Origin: an uncultured Gemmatimonadales bacterium
GTDB taxonomy: Bacteria; Gemmatimonadota; Gemmatimonadetes; Gemmatimonadales; GWC2-71-9
DNA length: 64,000 nucleotides
Assembly (NCBI GenBank): GCA_963828735.1
Contig: CAWHFW010000005.1
Coordinates: 1-64,000 of the forward strand
Direction of reading: 5' to 3'
Shown here: positions 38,025-47,577 of the stretch, in pieces
Numbering within the stretch: the stretch's first letter is position 1
Layout: every line of letters starts with the position of its first letter
The notes under the pieces: model-generated
The model's database searches: none
Seen by the model: only the letters and a program-made list of their open reading frames with translations
Told to the model about the DNA's origin: nothing
Translations under genes and position numbers: made by a program

Positions 38025-39229
38025 CCTCGGCCCTCCGCCGCGCCCTCGAGGACGTTGGCCATGTGGCCGAGCACGATGCGCGTGTCCCACTCGCTCTCGA
38101 TCCATTGACGGCCGCGCGCGCCGAGGGCGCGGCGGCACTCGGGATCCGCGGCCAGGCGCAGCGCCGCGTCAGCCAGCGCGCGCGGATCGTTCGCGGGCAC
38201 GAGAATACCGGTCTCACCCTCGCGCACCAGCTCGGGAATCCCCCCCACCGCGGAGGCTACCACCGGCCGAGCGGTCGCGAGAGCTTCGGCGGCGGCCAGG
38301 CTGCTGCAGGCGCGGTCGCCGGCGGTCGGGGCGACCAGCAGATCCGCCCCGGCATAGACGGCCGGCAGGTCGTCATAGGGCACGTTCTCGAGGACCGACA
38401 CGCGGCCCTCGGCGCGCGAGGCGAACGCCCGCGCCGACGCGGCGAGCTCATCGGCGGCGCCGGCCACGATGAGACGCAAGGACCGGTTTCGCTCGAGCAT
38501 CCCCGGCGCGGCGGCGAGGAGCGTGTTCAGCCCCATCTCACGGTTGAGACGGCCCAGGAAGAGGACCACCACGTCACCCGCGGCGGCGCCCGCCCGCCGG
38601 CGGACCTCACGGCCGTCCACGTCCGGGCGGAAACGCGCCGCATCCACGCCGTAGGGAATGACCTGCACCGGCGGCCGGAGGCCGAACCGCTCGTAGGTCT
38701 GGGCGCAGTGGCGGCTGCCCGAGACCAGCCGCGCGGCGTTCATGCAGATGAACGGGAGCACCCGCGGATTGTCCTGGAAGAACCGGCCATTGCTCAGCAG
38801 CTCCCCGAAATTGTTGACGACGAGCGGTATGCCTCGCTCCTGGGCGATCGCCGCCCCGATCAATCCGCCCCGGGACAGGTTGAATCCGCAGATCACCCTG
38901 ACATCGTGGCGCCGGACGATCTCGCGCCCCACGCTCGCGAGAGCGACAAGCCAGGCGCTCACCACGCGGTCCGCCGAGGTCCGCGCGCGGACGGCCAGCG
39001 GCGAGCCGCGGAACGCGACCGCGTGGCGAGCCGCGAGCGGAAGTTTGCGCCACCACGGAAGCCTGTAGACTGTAACCCGCCCATGGTGCTCGAGACCGGT
39101 CCGGCCGGTCGAGATCACATGCACGTCCCAGCCCCGGTCGGCGAGGAACGGTGCGAGGTTTTCGATGTAGCGGGGAACGCCGCCGTACGGCGGCGGATAG
39201 TTGCCGATGAGCAGCGCCGCGCGGCTCAT
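38021..39229 (-). CDS. GT4 glycosyltransferase
   Basis: NYPPPYGGV, IPYGVD, FLGRL, EALATARPVVASAVGGIPE. Confidence 0.9.
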   Translation of the reverse strand: MSRAALLIGNYPPPYGGVPRYIENLAPFLADRGWDVHVISTGRTGLEHHGRVTVYRLPWWRKLPLAARHAVAFRGSPLAVRARTSADRVVSAWLVALASVGREIVRRHDVRVICGFNLSRGGLIGAAIAQERGIPLVVNNFGELLSNGRFFQDNPRVLPFICMNAARLVSGSRHCAQTYERFGLRPPVQVIPYGVDAARFRPDVDGREVRRRAGAAAGDVVVLFLGRLNREMGLNTLLAAAPGMLERNRSLRLIVAGAADELAASARAFASRAEGRVSVLENVPYDDLPAVYAGADLLVAPTAGDRACSSLAAAEALATARPVVASAVGGIPELVREGETGILVPANDPRALADAALRLAADPECRRALGARGRQWIESEWDTRIVLGHMANVLEGAAEGRG

Positions 39230-39975
39230 CGTTCCTGGGGCGCCGGCGAAGGCCGGGCCACGACCAGAAGGTTCTGGGTGACGATCGGATGCACCGGCCC
39301 CATCTCGGCGACGATGGCCGTGACGATCGCGGCCTCGATCACGCGCCAGGCGACCGCGCGGAGCCACGACTTGACCCCGTAGATCACCGGCCGCACCGGG
39401 TGACAGACGACGCTGGCGAAGCCGGCCGCGCGCAGGACCTGCCCGATGCTCGCCTGGGTGAACGCGGTCTCGTGCGTGAAGTCCCCGTAAATGATGCGGC
39501 CCGCGAGCGGAGACTCCCCGTTGGGGACCTGCATCAGGAGCGCCCCGCCGGGACGAAGCGCCTCGCGGCACAGCGTGAGAGTCTCGACGGTGTCGCACTT
39601 GGCGAAATGCTCGAACAGATCGCGAGCCACGAGCAGGTCATAGCGGCCTGTCGCGCCTTGCAGGAACTCGAGCACGTCGCCGTGATGAAGATTCCGCACG
39701 CCGAGTCGCTCGCCGTGCTCGATCTGATCGCGGCTCACGTCCAGGCCGGCGGCGTTGGTATAGCCGATCTGCTGGAGCCACCACACGAGGCTGCCATACC
39801 CGCACCCGAGGTCGGCGATGGCTGCGTCGCGGTCGGTGGGCAGGAAGCCCCGCAGCGTGCGCTCCCATCGGAGCGCCTTGTCGCGGAGCCCCTCCGCCGA
39901 CGCCCCGCCCTTGCGTGGCGTCAGGTGGTCCGCGAGGTAGCTCGCGTACAGCCGGTCCTTGTAATCGGGCGTCAT
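39226..39975 (-). CDS. Class I SAM-dependent methyltransferase
   Basis: DLGCGYG, DLFEH, LRPGG, QVPN, YGDFTH. Confidence 0.9.
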   Translation of the reverse strand: MTPDYKDRLYASYLADHLTPRKGGASAEGLRDKALRWERTLRGFLPTDRDAAIADLGCGYGSLVWWLQQIGYTNAAGLDVSRDQIEHGERLGVRNLHHGDVLEFLQGATGRYDLLVARDLFEHFAKCDTVETLTLCREALRPGGALLMQVPNGESPLAGRIIYGDFTHETAFTQASIGQVLRAAGFASVVCHPVRPVIYGVKSWLRAVAWRVIEAAIVTAIVAEMGPVHPIVTQNLLVVARPSPAPQER

Positions 39976-40934
39976 GCCGAGGCCCTCGCGTCGAGCGCGG
40001 CGAACCAGTCGGCCACCCGGCGCACACCCTCGCGCAGCGGGACAGCCGGCGCGTATCCGAGGGCCCGGAGGCGGGTGACGTCGCCCACCCAGTGCAGCGC
40101 GTCCCCCGGCCGAACCTCACCGGTGTAGCTCACCCGCGGGGACAGGCCAAGCACCGCGGTCACGTGCGCGACCAGCTGCTTGATCGTCACGCCCTCGCCC
40201 GACGCGACGTTGTACACCTCGCCGGCGAGCGGCGCGCGGGCCGCAACCGCGAGCGCCGCGGCGACGACGTCCTCGACGAACACGAAATCACGCATCTCGG
40301 TGCCGGCGCCGATCACCTCGAGACGGCTCGCATCCGCCGCCAGCTTGGCGATCAGGTCGAACACCACCTGCTTCCGCTGGCCGGGGCCGAACACCGAGAA
40401 CAACCGGAGCGAGGCGGTCCGAAGCCCGTGCAACCGCGCGTACAGCGACACGTATTGCTCCGCCGCGTACTTGCTCACGCCGTACGGCGACACCGGCACG
40501 ATCGGCGTGTCCTCCGAGATCGGCAGCGTTGTGGGCGAGCCGTACACGGCCGCGGACGAGGTGAAGACCACCGGCGTGCCGGGACTTCCGTGACGCACCG
40601 CCTCGAGCAGGTCCAGTGCGACCTCGGCGTTGTTCGCGAGGTCGCCCGCGGGATCGTCGATCGAGGGAGGGACATAGGCCGCTCCCGCGAGGTGGTAGAT
40701 ACGGTCGAAGCGCCCCTCGGCGACCAGCCCGCGGAGACGCGAGTCGGGAAGCCGGAGCCGATGCCACGTCACACCAGCCGGGACCGCCTGGGCGGATGGC
40801 GCGCTCAGGTCGTCCACGACCGTCACGTGCGCGCCGTCGGCGACCAGGCGCCGCACGAGATGAGTGCCGATGAACCCGGCGCCGCCGGTCACCAGCGCCC
40901 GGCTGGTCGCTCGCGGTCGATGGGCGGGGCTCAC
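39972..40934 (-). CDS. NAD-dependent epimerase/dehydratase
   Basis: VTGGAGFIG, SSAAVYG, PYGVSK, VYNVASG. Confidence 0.92.
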   Translation of the reverse strand: MSPAHRPRATSRALVTGGAGFIGTHLVRRLVADGAHVTVVDDLSAPSAQAVPAGVTWHRLRLPDSRLRGLVAEGRFDRIYHLAGAAYVPPSIDDPAGDLANNAEVALDLLEAVRHGSPGTPVVFTSSAAVYGSPTTLPISEDTPIVPVSPYGVSKYAAEQYVSLYARLHGLRTASLRLFSVFGPGQRKQVVFDLIAKLAADASRLEVIGAGTEMRDFVFVEDVVAAALAVAARAPLAGEVYNVASGEGVTIKQLVAHVTAVLGLSPRVSYTGEVRPGDALHWVGDVTRLRALGYAPAVPLREGVRRVADWFAALDARASA

Positions 40935-42913
40935 TGGGGCGCCTCCAGGGTGTACGCCTCCTCACTCGGGGCCGTGGTCACCACGGACAGGTCCCCGCGC
41001 CACGCCAGCAATCGCTCGGCGAGCGCGCCCGCCTCGAGTCCGTGGTGCCTGAGCACCTCGCCGGGCGCGCCGCAGGCGGGATAGCCCTCGACCCCGAGCG
41101 CGAGGAACTCCCGGCCGTCGAGGAGGCCGTGATCGGCCAGGGCGCGCGCGACCCGATCGGCCAGGCCGCCCACCGGCGCGTGGTCGTCGACGACGCACAC
41201 GCGCCGGTAGGGCGCCACGAGCCGCGCAAGCCACTCGGCGTCGACCCGGTTGAGCCACGGGTGGTTCACCACGGTGAGCCCGCCCCCGCGTGCAGCCATG
41301 GCCTCGGCCGCGCCCAGCGTCTCGTGCAGCAGCACGGGCCCATACGCCAGCACCACCGTGTCACCGCCCTGCGTAAGAGTCACGCCGCGGCCCGGCGTGA
41401 GCGCGTAGTTCGCCGGCAGCGCGATCGCCCGCGGCGACGGTCCGATCGCGAGTCGCAGCATGCCCACCCCATCGTTCCGCTCGACCAGGTACTCGAGCGC
41501 CAGGCGCGTCTCGAGCGCGTTGCAGGGCTGGAGAATGGTGCAGTTGGGAAGGGCTCCGAACAGGGAGATGTCGCGGAGGCTCTGGTGCGACTTGCCGGGA
41601 CCCGCCGGAATCAAACCGCCGAAGTGGCAGACATAGATGACCTTCGAGCGCTCGGTCGCGTTGTTGTAGATCTGCTCGTTGGCCCGCGACGCGAGGAAGC
41701 TCGCGAAGCTGTTCACCACGGGCAGTAGTCCGGTCCGCGCGAGGCCTCCCGCCATCGAGACCATGTCCTGCTCGGCGATGCCGTTCTCGATGAACCGGTC
41801 GGGGTATTGCTCCTCGAAGGCACGCACCCGGCAGTCGGCGGCGAGGTCGCCGTCGAGCACGACGATCTCGGGATGCCGGGCGGCCAGGCGCACCAGCGCC
41901 TCGCCGTACGCCTCGGCGACGAACTCCCGCGGACCGCCCGCGAGGGAGGGCGCCGCGTCGGCGGCCAGCTCCTCGACCGCCGGCGCTCCGAGACCGAACC
42001 GCTCGAACCGCGCTCGCACCCCGCCCAGCAGCTCGTCGCTCGCGCGCGTGAAGCTCTCGTCGTCCGGGGCGCCCGCGTGCCACCGGTACAGGCCGCGTCC
42101 GTCCGCCAGCGCGCGCGGATGCTCCATGAACGACACGCCTCGTCCCTTGATCGTATCGGCGATGACGATGGCCGGCACGTCGCGTGGCCGCCGGAGCTCC
42201 TCGAACGTGCGCGCGAGCGCATCCCAGTCGTGACCGTCGCACCGCAGCACCTTCCAGCCGTAGGTCCGGAACCGCGCCTCGATGTCGCCGAGGTCGCTGA
42301 TCTCCGAGACCGGCTTGTCGGTCTGCAGCTTGTTGTGGTCGACGATGACGGTCAGATCGGGTACACCCTGTCGCGCCGCGTTGAGCAGGGCCTCGTAGTT
42401 CTGGCCTTCCTGCAGCTCACCATCGCCCGTCAGCACGAAGACGCGGCCGCCGCGGCCCTGGCGACGCTTCGCCCACGCCATGCCCTTCCCCTTCGAGATC
42501 CCCATGCCCAACGAGCCCGAGTTCGCCTCGATGCCCGGAACCCCCACGTCGGGATGGCCGTCGAGACCGCCCAGGCGCCGGAGCTTGAGCAGCTGCTCGC
42601 GGCTCAGGACCCCGGCGGCGTGAAGGACGGCGTAGAGGCCAGGCACGTCGTGGCCCTTGGACGAGAAATACACATCGCGGTCCGGATGGCGGATGCCCTT
42701 GGCCAGGGTGTTCATCTCCCGGAAGTAAAGCCACACCACGATGTCCATCGCGCTGAAGCTCGATCCCAGGTGGCCCGAGCCCGCCCGCTTCACCGCCGAC
42801 AGCGTGTTGAACCGGCACATGTCGGCCAGCAGCGCGAGACGTTCGGCATCGGGGGTGCCGGCGCCACGGACGCGGGTGAATTCGGGCTGCGGGATCAGGC
42901 GAATACCGGTCAC
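40931..42913 (-). CDS. Transketolase-like ThDP enzyme (N- and C-domains fused)
   Basis: SGHLGSS, SKGH, GHP, GSLGMG, GDGELQEG...DHN, TIKGRG, GIAEQ, GKSHQ. Confidence 0.92.
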   Translation of the reverse strand: MTGIRLIPQPEFTRVRGAGTPDAERLALLADMCRFNTLSAVKRAGSGHLGSSFSAMDIVVWLYFREMNTLAKGIRHPDRDVYFSSKGHDVPGLYAVLHAAGVLSREQLLKLRRLGGLDGHPDVGVPGIEANSGSLGMGISKGKGMAWAKRRQGRGGRVFVLTGDGELQEGQNYEALLNAARQGVPDLTVIVDHNKLQTDKPVSEISDLGDIEARFRTYGWKVLRCDGHDWDALARTFEELRRPRDVPAIVIADTIKGRGVSFMEHPRALADGRGLYRWHAGAPDDESFTRASDELLGGVRARFERFGLGAPAVEELAADAAPSLAGGPREFVAEAYGEALVRLAARHPEIVVLDGDLAADCRVRAFEEQYPDRFIENGIAEQDMVSMAGGLARTGLLPVVNSFASFLASRANEQIYNNATERSKVIYVCHFGGLIPAGPGKSHQSLRDISLFGALPNCTILQPCNALETRLALEYLVERNDGVGMLRLAIGPSPRAIALPANYALTPGRGVTLTQGGDTVVLAYGPVLLHETLGAAEAMAARGGGLTVVNHPWLNRVDAEWLARLVAPYRRVCVVDDHAPVGGLADRVARALADHGLLDGREFLALGVEGYPACGAPGEVLRHHGLEAGALAERLLAWRGDLSVVTTAPSEEAYTLEAPQ

Positions 42914-42924
42914 GAATGCTCCGA

Positions 42925-43680
42925 TCAGGCGTACGGTGGTGCGTCGACCTTCGGCAGTGCCTCGGGCTGCTCACGGGCCAGCTCCTCGGCCCAGGCCCAG
43001 TCCCGCGGGCTGTTGACGTCGAGGCCCTCGAGCGCCTCCGTCAGGAAGGGCACGATGGCCGATCCCGCGATCGTCCCGGTGTCGGTGACGACACGCGTCC
43101 AGGCGATCTCGAGGCTCGCGTTCTGAACGTATACCTCCGGCAGCGCCTGGTACTGTGCACTGTGCCACGGTCGCTCCGCGGGACTCAGCGGGAGCAGGGG
43201 AAGGAGTCTGCCGCCCCGGATCACCCACATCTTGCCCGGGTGCTGGGTCACCTTCTCCACGGCGCGAAGCGAGTGCACGCCGGCCGCGCCGGTGAAGAGC
43301 GACCACGCGCGCCGGATCGTCTCCGCACGGCGGAAGGGGCTCGTCGGCCGCAGGATGCTGAAGACCTCGTATCGCCGGCCGGCGGCCGCGAGCGTTCCCA
43401 GCATGTGCTCGACCCATTCGACGTCGGGCGAAAGGTCGCCCGCCATCGCGCCGGGACGCAGGCACGGGACTTCGGCCCCATAGTGTCGAGCGATGTCCGC
43501 GTACATCTCGCTGTCGGTCGAGCAGACCACGGCCGAGAAGACCCCGCTTGCCCGGGCACCCGCGATGGCGTAGGCCAGGAGCGGGTGCCCCGCGAGGCGC
43601 CGCACGTTCTTGTCCGGGACCCGCTTGGAGCCGGAGCGGGCGGGGACGAAGGCGATGGCGGGTGCCGGGGAAGAAGCCAC
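42925..43680 (-). CDS. Acylneuraminate (CMP-ulosonate) cytidylyltransferase, NeuA family
   Basis: PARSGSKRVPDKN, CSTD, LRPTSPFR, QNAS, DVNSPRDW. Confidence 0.93.
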   Translation of the reverse strand: MASSPAPAIAFVPARSGSKRVPDKNVRRLAGHPLLAYAIAGARASGVFSAVVCSTDSEMYADIARHYGAEVPCLRPGAMAGDLSPDVEWVEHMLGTLAAAGRRYEVFSILRPTSPFRRAETIRRAWSLFTGAAGVHSLRAVEKVTQHPGKMWVIRGGRLLPLLPLSPAERPWHSAQYQALPEVYVQNASLEIAWTRVVTDTGTIAGSAIVPFLTEALEGLDVNSPRDWAWAEELAREQPEALPKVDAPPYA

Positions 43681-43684
43681 GTGA

Positions 43685-45148
43685 CTAGAGCCGGCCGGGG
43701 TCGGTCTGGACGAGGATGTTCTTGAGCGTGCTGTACACGTCGAGCGCCTCGGTGCCCGGCTCCCGGCTCCCGTTGCCCGACGCCTTCACCCCGCCGAACG
43801 GCATGTGGGGCTCGCTGCCGTAGGTGCCGCCATTCACCACGGCCACGCCCGCTTGCACGCGCTGCGCGAACTCGGTCGCCCGATGGACGCTGGTCGTGTG
43901 GATGCAGGCCGTGAGGCCGTAGGGCGAGCGGTTCGCGAGCGCGAGCGCGCCCTCGAAGTCCGGCGCGCGGTACAGCGTGGCCACGGGTCCGAACAGCTCG
44001 GTGGCCGAGATCGCCGCATCGGCGCCCGCTTCGAGGAGCGTCGGCGCCAGGTAGAAGCCGGCGCGGTGCGCGGGATCGAGCAGCCGAGCGCCGCCGGTGA
44101 GCACCTTGACCCCCTCGCCCTTCGCCGCGTCGAGGCAGCGGAGGATACTCTCGAGCTGCCGCTCGTTGATCACCGGACCGTAGTCGTCGCCGTCCGAAGG
44201 ACCCACGCGGAGGGACTCGGCACGCCGCACGAGCGCGTCCCGGAATCGGTCGTAGACGGCGTCGAACACGATGATCCGGCTCCCCGCCGCGCACCGCTGG
44301 CCCGCGTTGCTGAACGCCGACAGCGTCGCCCATTTGAGCGCCGCGTCCAGGTCGGCATCATCGGCGACGACGAACGGGTTCTTGCCGCCGAGCTCGAGCG
44401 AGACCCGCGCCAGCCTGGCTCCCGCGATCTGCGCGATGCGCCGCCCGACCGCCGTCGAACCGGTGAAGCTCAGCACCGCGACGTCCGGGTGCGCCACGAG
44501 CGGCTCCCCGGCCTCGGCGCCGAGGCCCTGCACGACGTTGAGCACCCCGGCGGGGACGCCCGCGTCGTGCGCGATGGCGGCGAACAGCCACGCCGTGAGC
44601 GGCGTATCCTCGGCGGCCTTGAGCACCGCCGCGTTTCCGCAGACCAGCGCCGGAAACACCTTCCAGGCGGCGTTGGCGATCGGCGTGTTGGCGGCGATGA
44701 TGAGGCCGGCGACGCCGATCGGCTGCCGCACGGTCGACGCATAGCGGTCGGCCATCCCACTCGTCGTCGTGCGGCCGTACATCCGCTGGCCTTCCCCGGC
44801 CATGAACCGGCCGAGGGCGACGGCGCCGTCCGTCTCGCCGCGCGCCGAGGCCGGCGACTTGCCCGTCTCGAGCGCCACGACCTCGGCCAGCTCGTCGCGG
44901 CGTCGGGCCATCGCATCGGCCACCGCGTACAGGATCTCGCCTCGCCGGATCGGCGTCTCGCGCGACCAGCGCGCGTACGCGGCAACCGCCGCCGCCACGG
45001 CGCAGCGCACGTCCGGCTCGCGCGACCGCGTGAGGCGGCAGATCTCCCGTCCGTCGTGCGGGCTGAGCTTGGGCAGGGTATCCCCGCCGTCGGCCGCGAG
45101 CTCACGACCGCCGATCCAGTTGGGGACGAGCGCGGGGATCGCTACCAT
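43685..45148 (-). CDS. Aldehyde dehydrogenase
   Basis: FTGSTAVG, LELGGKNP, NAGQRC, ELFGP, PFGGVKASGNG. Confidence 0.95.
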   Translation of the reverse strand: MVAIPALVPNWIGGRELAADGGDTLPKLSPHDGREICRLTRSREPDVRCAVAAAVAAYARWSRETPIRRGEILYAVADAMARRRDELAEVVALETGKSPASARGETDGAVALGRFMAGEGQRMYGRTTTSGMADRYASTVRQPIGVAGLIIAANTPIANAAWKVFPALVCGNAAVLKAAEDTPLTAWLFAAIAHDAGVPAGVLNVVQGLGAEAGEPLVAHPDVAVLSFTGSTAVGRRIAQIAGARLARVSLELGGKNPFVVADDADLDAALKWATLSAFSNAGQRCAAGSRIIVFDAVYDRFRDALVRRAESLRVGPSDGDDYGPVINERQLESILRCLDAAKGEGVKVLTGGARLLDPAHRAGFYLAPTLLEAGADAAISATELFGPVATLYRAPDFEGALALANRSPYGLTACIHTTSVHRATEFAQRVQAGVAVVNGGTYGSEPHMPFGGVKASGNGSREPGTEALDVYSTLKNILVQTDPGRL

Positions 45149-45939
45149 GCGGTCCATCCGCCGTCCATGACCAGGTTGGCGCCGGTCATGTAGCTCGACG
45201 CATCGGAGCAGAGGAAGACGATCGCGCCGTTGTATTCGTCGGGGCGCGCCATGCGTCCGACCGGCATCCGGGCACAGTAGCCCTCGAGAAATCGAGGATC
45301 CTGGTCGTTGAAGACGCCGGCGAGCGTGAGGGTATTCACCCGGACGCCGCGAGGCGCCCAGTAGGTGGCGAGGTACCGCGTCAAGTTGAGAAGCGCCGAC
45401 TTCGACGCGGAGTAGGCCACTGGCTTCACGAACGCAGTGCCGCCCTGGGCGCGATACTCGTAGATCCGCTGGTCGGGCGACACGACGCCGTAGATGCTCG
45501 AAATGTTCACGATCGCGCCCCGCCCCGCCCTGGCCATCGCCGCCCCGAACACCTGGCAGCAGAGCATGAGGCCGGTGACGTTGACGTCCATCACCCGGTT
45601 CCACGACTCGAGCGGGTAGTCCTCGAACGGGCCGTTCTCGCTCGCCGGCGCATCGGGCGGCGAATCGATCGCGGCGGCGTTGACCAGTGCGTGAGGCTCG
45701 CCCAAGTCGCGCCGAATGCCGGCGAGTGCGGCCTCCAGCGCGTCCCGGCGGCGGACGTCCGCATGCAGGACGGCGACGCCTTCGGGCGCCGACGGGACCC
45801 CGGTGCCCGGCGACAGGTCGAGCGCCACCGCCCGGGCTCCGCGGGCCTGGACCGCCGCGCAGAACTGGCGCCCCAGGAGGCCCAGGCCGCCGGTGACGAC
45901 GACGACGCGGCCGGTGAGGTCGAACGGGTCGGCGCTCAT
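45142..45939 (-). CDS. SDR family oxidoreductase
   Basis: TGGLGLLG, VNAAA, NISSIYG, YSASK, YMTGANLVMDGG. Confidence 0.93.
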   Translation of the reverse strand: MSADPFDLTGRVVVVTGGLGLLGRQFCAAVQARGARAVALDLSPGTGVPSAPEGVAVLHADVRRRDALEAALAGIRRDLGEPHALVNAAAIDSPPDAPASENGPFEDYPLESWNRVMDVNVTGLMLCCQVFGAAMARAGRGAIVNISSIYGVVSPDQRIYEYRAQGGTAFVKPVAYSASKSALLNLTRYLATYWAPRGVRVNTLTLAGVFNDQDPRFLEGYCARMPVGRMARPDEYNGAIVFLCSDASSYMTGANLVMDGGWTAW

Positions 45940-45943
45940 CGGG

Positions 45944-46492
45944 TCAGGACGCGCGGCCGGCCGGCCGGCCGGCGGCCTCGTGGGCGGCGACGAGGAGGTC
46001 GCACACCTCGCGCACGGCGCCGTGACCGCCTGGCCGGGTGGTGCGGAGTCGCCCCGCCTCGGCGACCGAGGGATGCGCGTCGCTCACGACGATGGGCACC
46101 CGTACCGCCTGGAGGCAGCCGAGATCGTTGACGTCGTTGCCGACGTAGGCCACCTGATCGAGGGTGAGCCCGAGATCCCGCACCACCGCCAGCAGCCGCT
46201 CGCGCTTGTCCTCGCACCCCTGAATGCACTCGACCTTGAGCTTCCGACTCCGCACCGTGACCACCGGGTTGATCTCGGTGGAGAGGATCAGCGCCTGAAT
46301 GCCCCGACGCTGCAGCGCCTGGAGGCCGAGCCCGTCGCCGCGCCAGCAGCGGACGGTTTCGGTGCCGTCCTCCGAGACATAGACCGTGTTGTCGGTGAAG
46401 ACCCCGTCGAAGTCGAACACGACGAGACGGACCGCGCGCAGGTCCGCCGCCACACCGGGTGGCATCGGCGGCCACCCACCCGCCACCGTCAT
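45944..46492 (-). CDS. KdsC/KDN-9-P-type HAD phosphatase
   Basis: FDFDGVFTD, DGLG, YVGNDVND, GGHGAVREVCD. Confidence 0.92.
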   Translation of the reverse strand: MTVAGGWPPMPPGVAADLRAVRLVVFDFDGVFTDNTVYVSEDGTETVRCWRGDGLGLQALQRRGIQALILSTEINPVVTVRSRKLKVECIQGCEDKRERLLAVVRDLGLTLDQVAYVGNDVNDLGCLQAVRVPIVVSDAHPSVAEAGRLRTTRPGGHGAVREVCDLLVAAHEAAGRPAGRAS

Positions 46493-47550
46493 GCGACCGA
46501 CGCGAGCAGGTGTTCGAAGCGGATCATGTCGTCGGCGCGAAGCGCCTGGGAGAGCCGGCGGCCGAGGAGCCGGTCGAGCTCGTAGGGAGGAAGCCCGCCA
46601 CCCGGGCTCTTGACCGCCACATCGGCGGCCGTGAGGAGATGTCCCGCGGGCAGGTCGCGCGCGGCCACGAGGGTCTTGCCCATCTTGGTCATCGCGCTCT
46701 CTTCGGCGGGCACGACGCGCTTGACGCCATCGCCCAAGGCCGCCCGCGCGCGGCGCAGGTCGCGCACCATCTTCCGCATCCCGACCGGCTCGAGCGAGAG
46801 CGCGTGATCGGTGCCGCGCCAGGTGTGGTTGAGCGTGAAGTGCTTCTCGATGATCCGCGCGCCGAGCACGTAGGCCGCCACCGCCATCGCGATGCCGTTG
46901 TAGTGGTCGGAGAGCCCGATGCACGCCTCGGGGAACTGGTCGCGCAGCGAGCTGATGACGCGCAGGTTCATCTGCTCCGGCTCGGTGGGGTAGGTTGCCG
47001 TGCACTGCAGAATGCCGAGCCGCGGATTGATCTCGCCGATTGCGTCGGCCGCGCGGCGCACGTCGTCGAGCGTGGCGCCGCCGGTGCTCACGATGACGGG
47101 CCGGCCGATGCGGGCCACGTATCGGAGGAGCGGCAGGTTCTTGAGGTCGCCCGAGGCGATCTTGTAGGCGGGCACGTCGAGCTCGGCGAGAAAATCGGCG
47201 CTCGGGACGTCGAACGCGGTGGCGAAGAACGTCACCCCGAGCTCGGCCGCGTAGCGCTGCAGGTCGACGTACGCGTCGCGCCCGAGCTCGAGCGCCTCGC
47301 GGTGCGCGCCGTAGGTCGGGCCGAAGCTGTTCTCGTTTTCGTAGGGCTTGTCGTACATCGCCCGCGTGTACAGCGAGCGGTTGTCGCGCTTCTGCAGTTT
47401 GACCGCGTCCGCCCCACACTCCTTGGCGGCCCGGAACAGCTCCCGGCACTTCTCGAGACTGCCCTGATGATTATGGCCGATCTCCGCGATCACATAGCAA
47501 TCACTGTCGTCCGTGATCGTGGAATGGTCGATGGTCAGGGACCGGGACAT
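46489..47550 (-). CDS. NeuB-family ulosonate(-phosphate) synthase with SAF domain
   Basis: IAEIGHNHQG, KLQKR, KIASGD, STGGA, CTATYP, GLSDH, IEKHFTL, DHALSLEP, KSPGGG. Confidence 0.95.
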   Translation of the reverse strand: MSRSLTIDHSTITDDSDCYVIAEIGHNHQGSLEKCRELFRAAKECGADAVKLQKRDNRSLYTRAMYDKPYENENSFGPTYGAHREALELGRDAYVDLQRYAAELGVTFFATAFDVPSADFLAELDVPAYKIASGDLKNLPLLRYVARIGRPVIVSTGGATLDDVRRAADAIGEINPRLGILQCTATYPTEPEQMNLRVISSLRDQFPEACIGLSDHYNGIAMAVAAYVLGARIIEKHFTLNHTWRGTDHALSLEPVGMRKMVRDLRRARAALGDGVKRVVPAEESAMTKMGKTLVAARDLPAGHLLTAADVAVKSPGGGLPPYELDRLLGRRLSQALRADDMIRFEHLLASVA

Positions 47551-47577
47551 AGTCTCCGCTCGAGGTGGGACAGCCGC

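Noticed and set aside
42925..47550. Ordinary Neu5Ac, legionaminic or pseudaminic acid pathway
   Set aside because: No NeuC/LegG/PseG or acetyltransferase in the locus, and the phosphatase, ALDH and transketolase are not part of those routes (genes elsewhere cannot be excluded)
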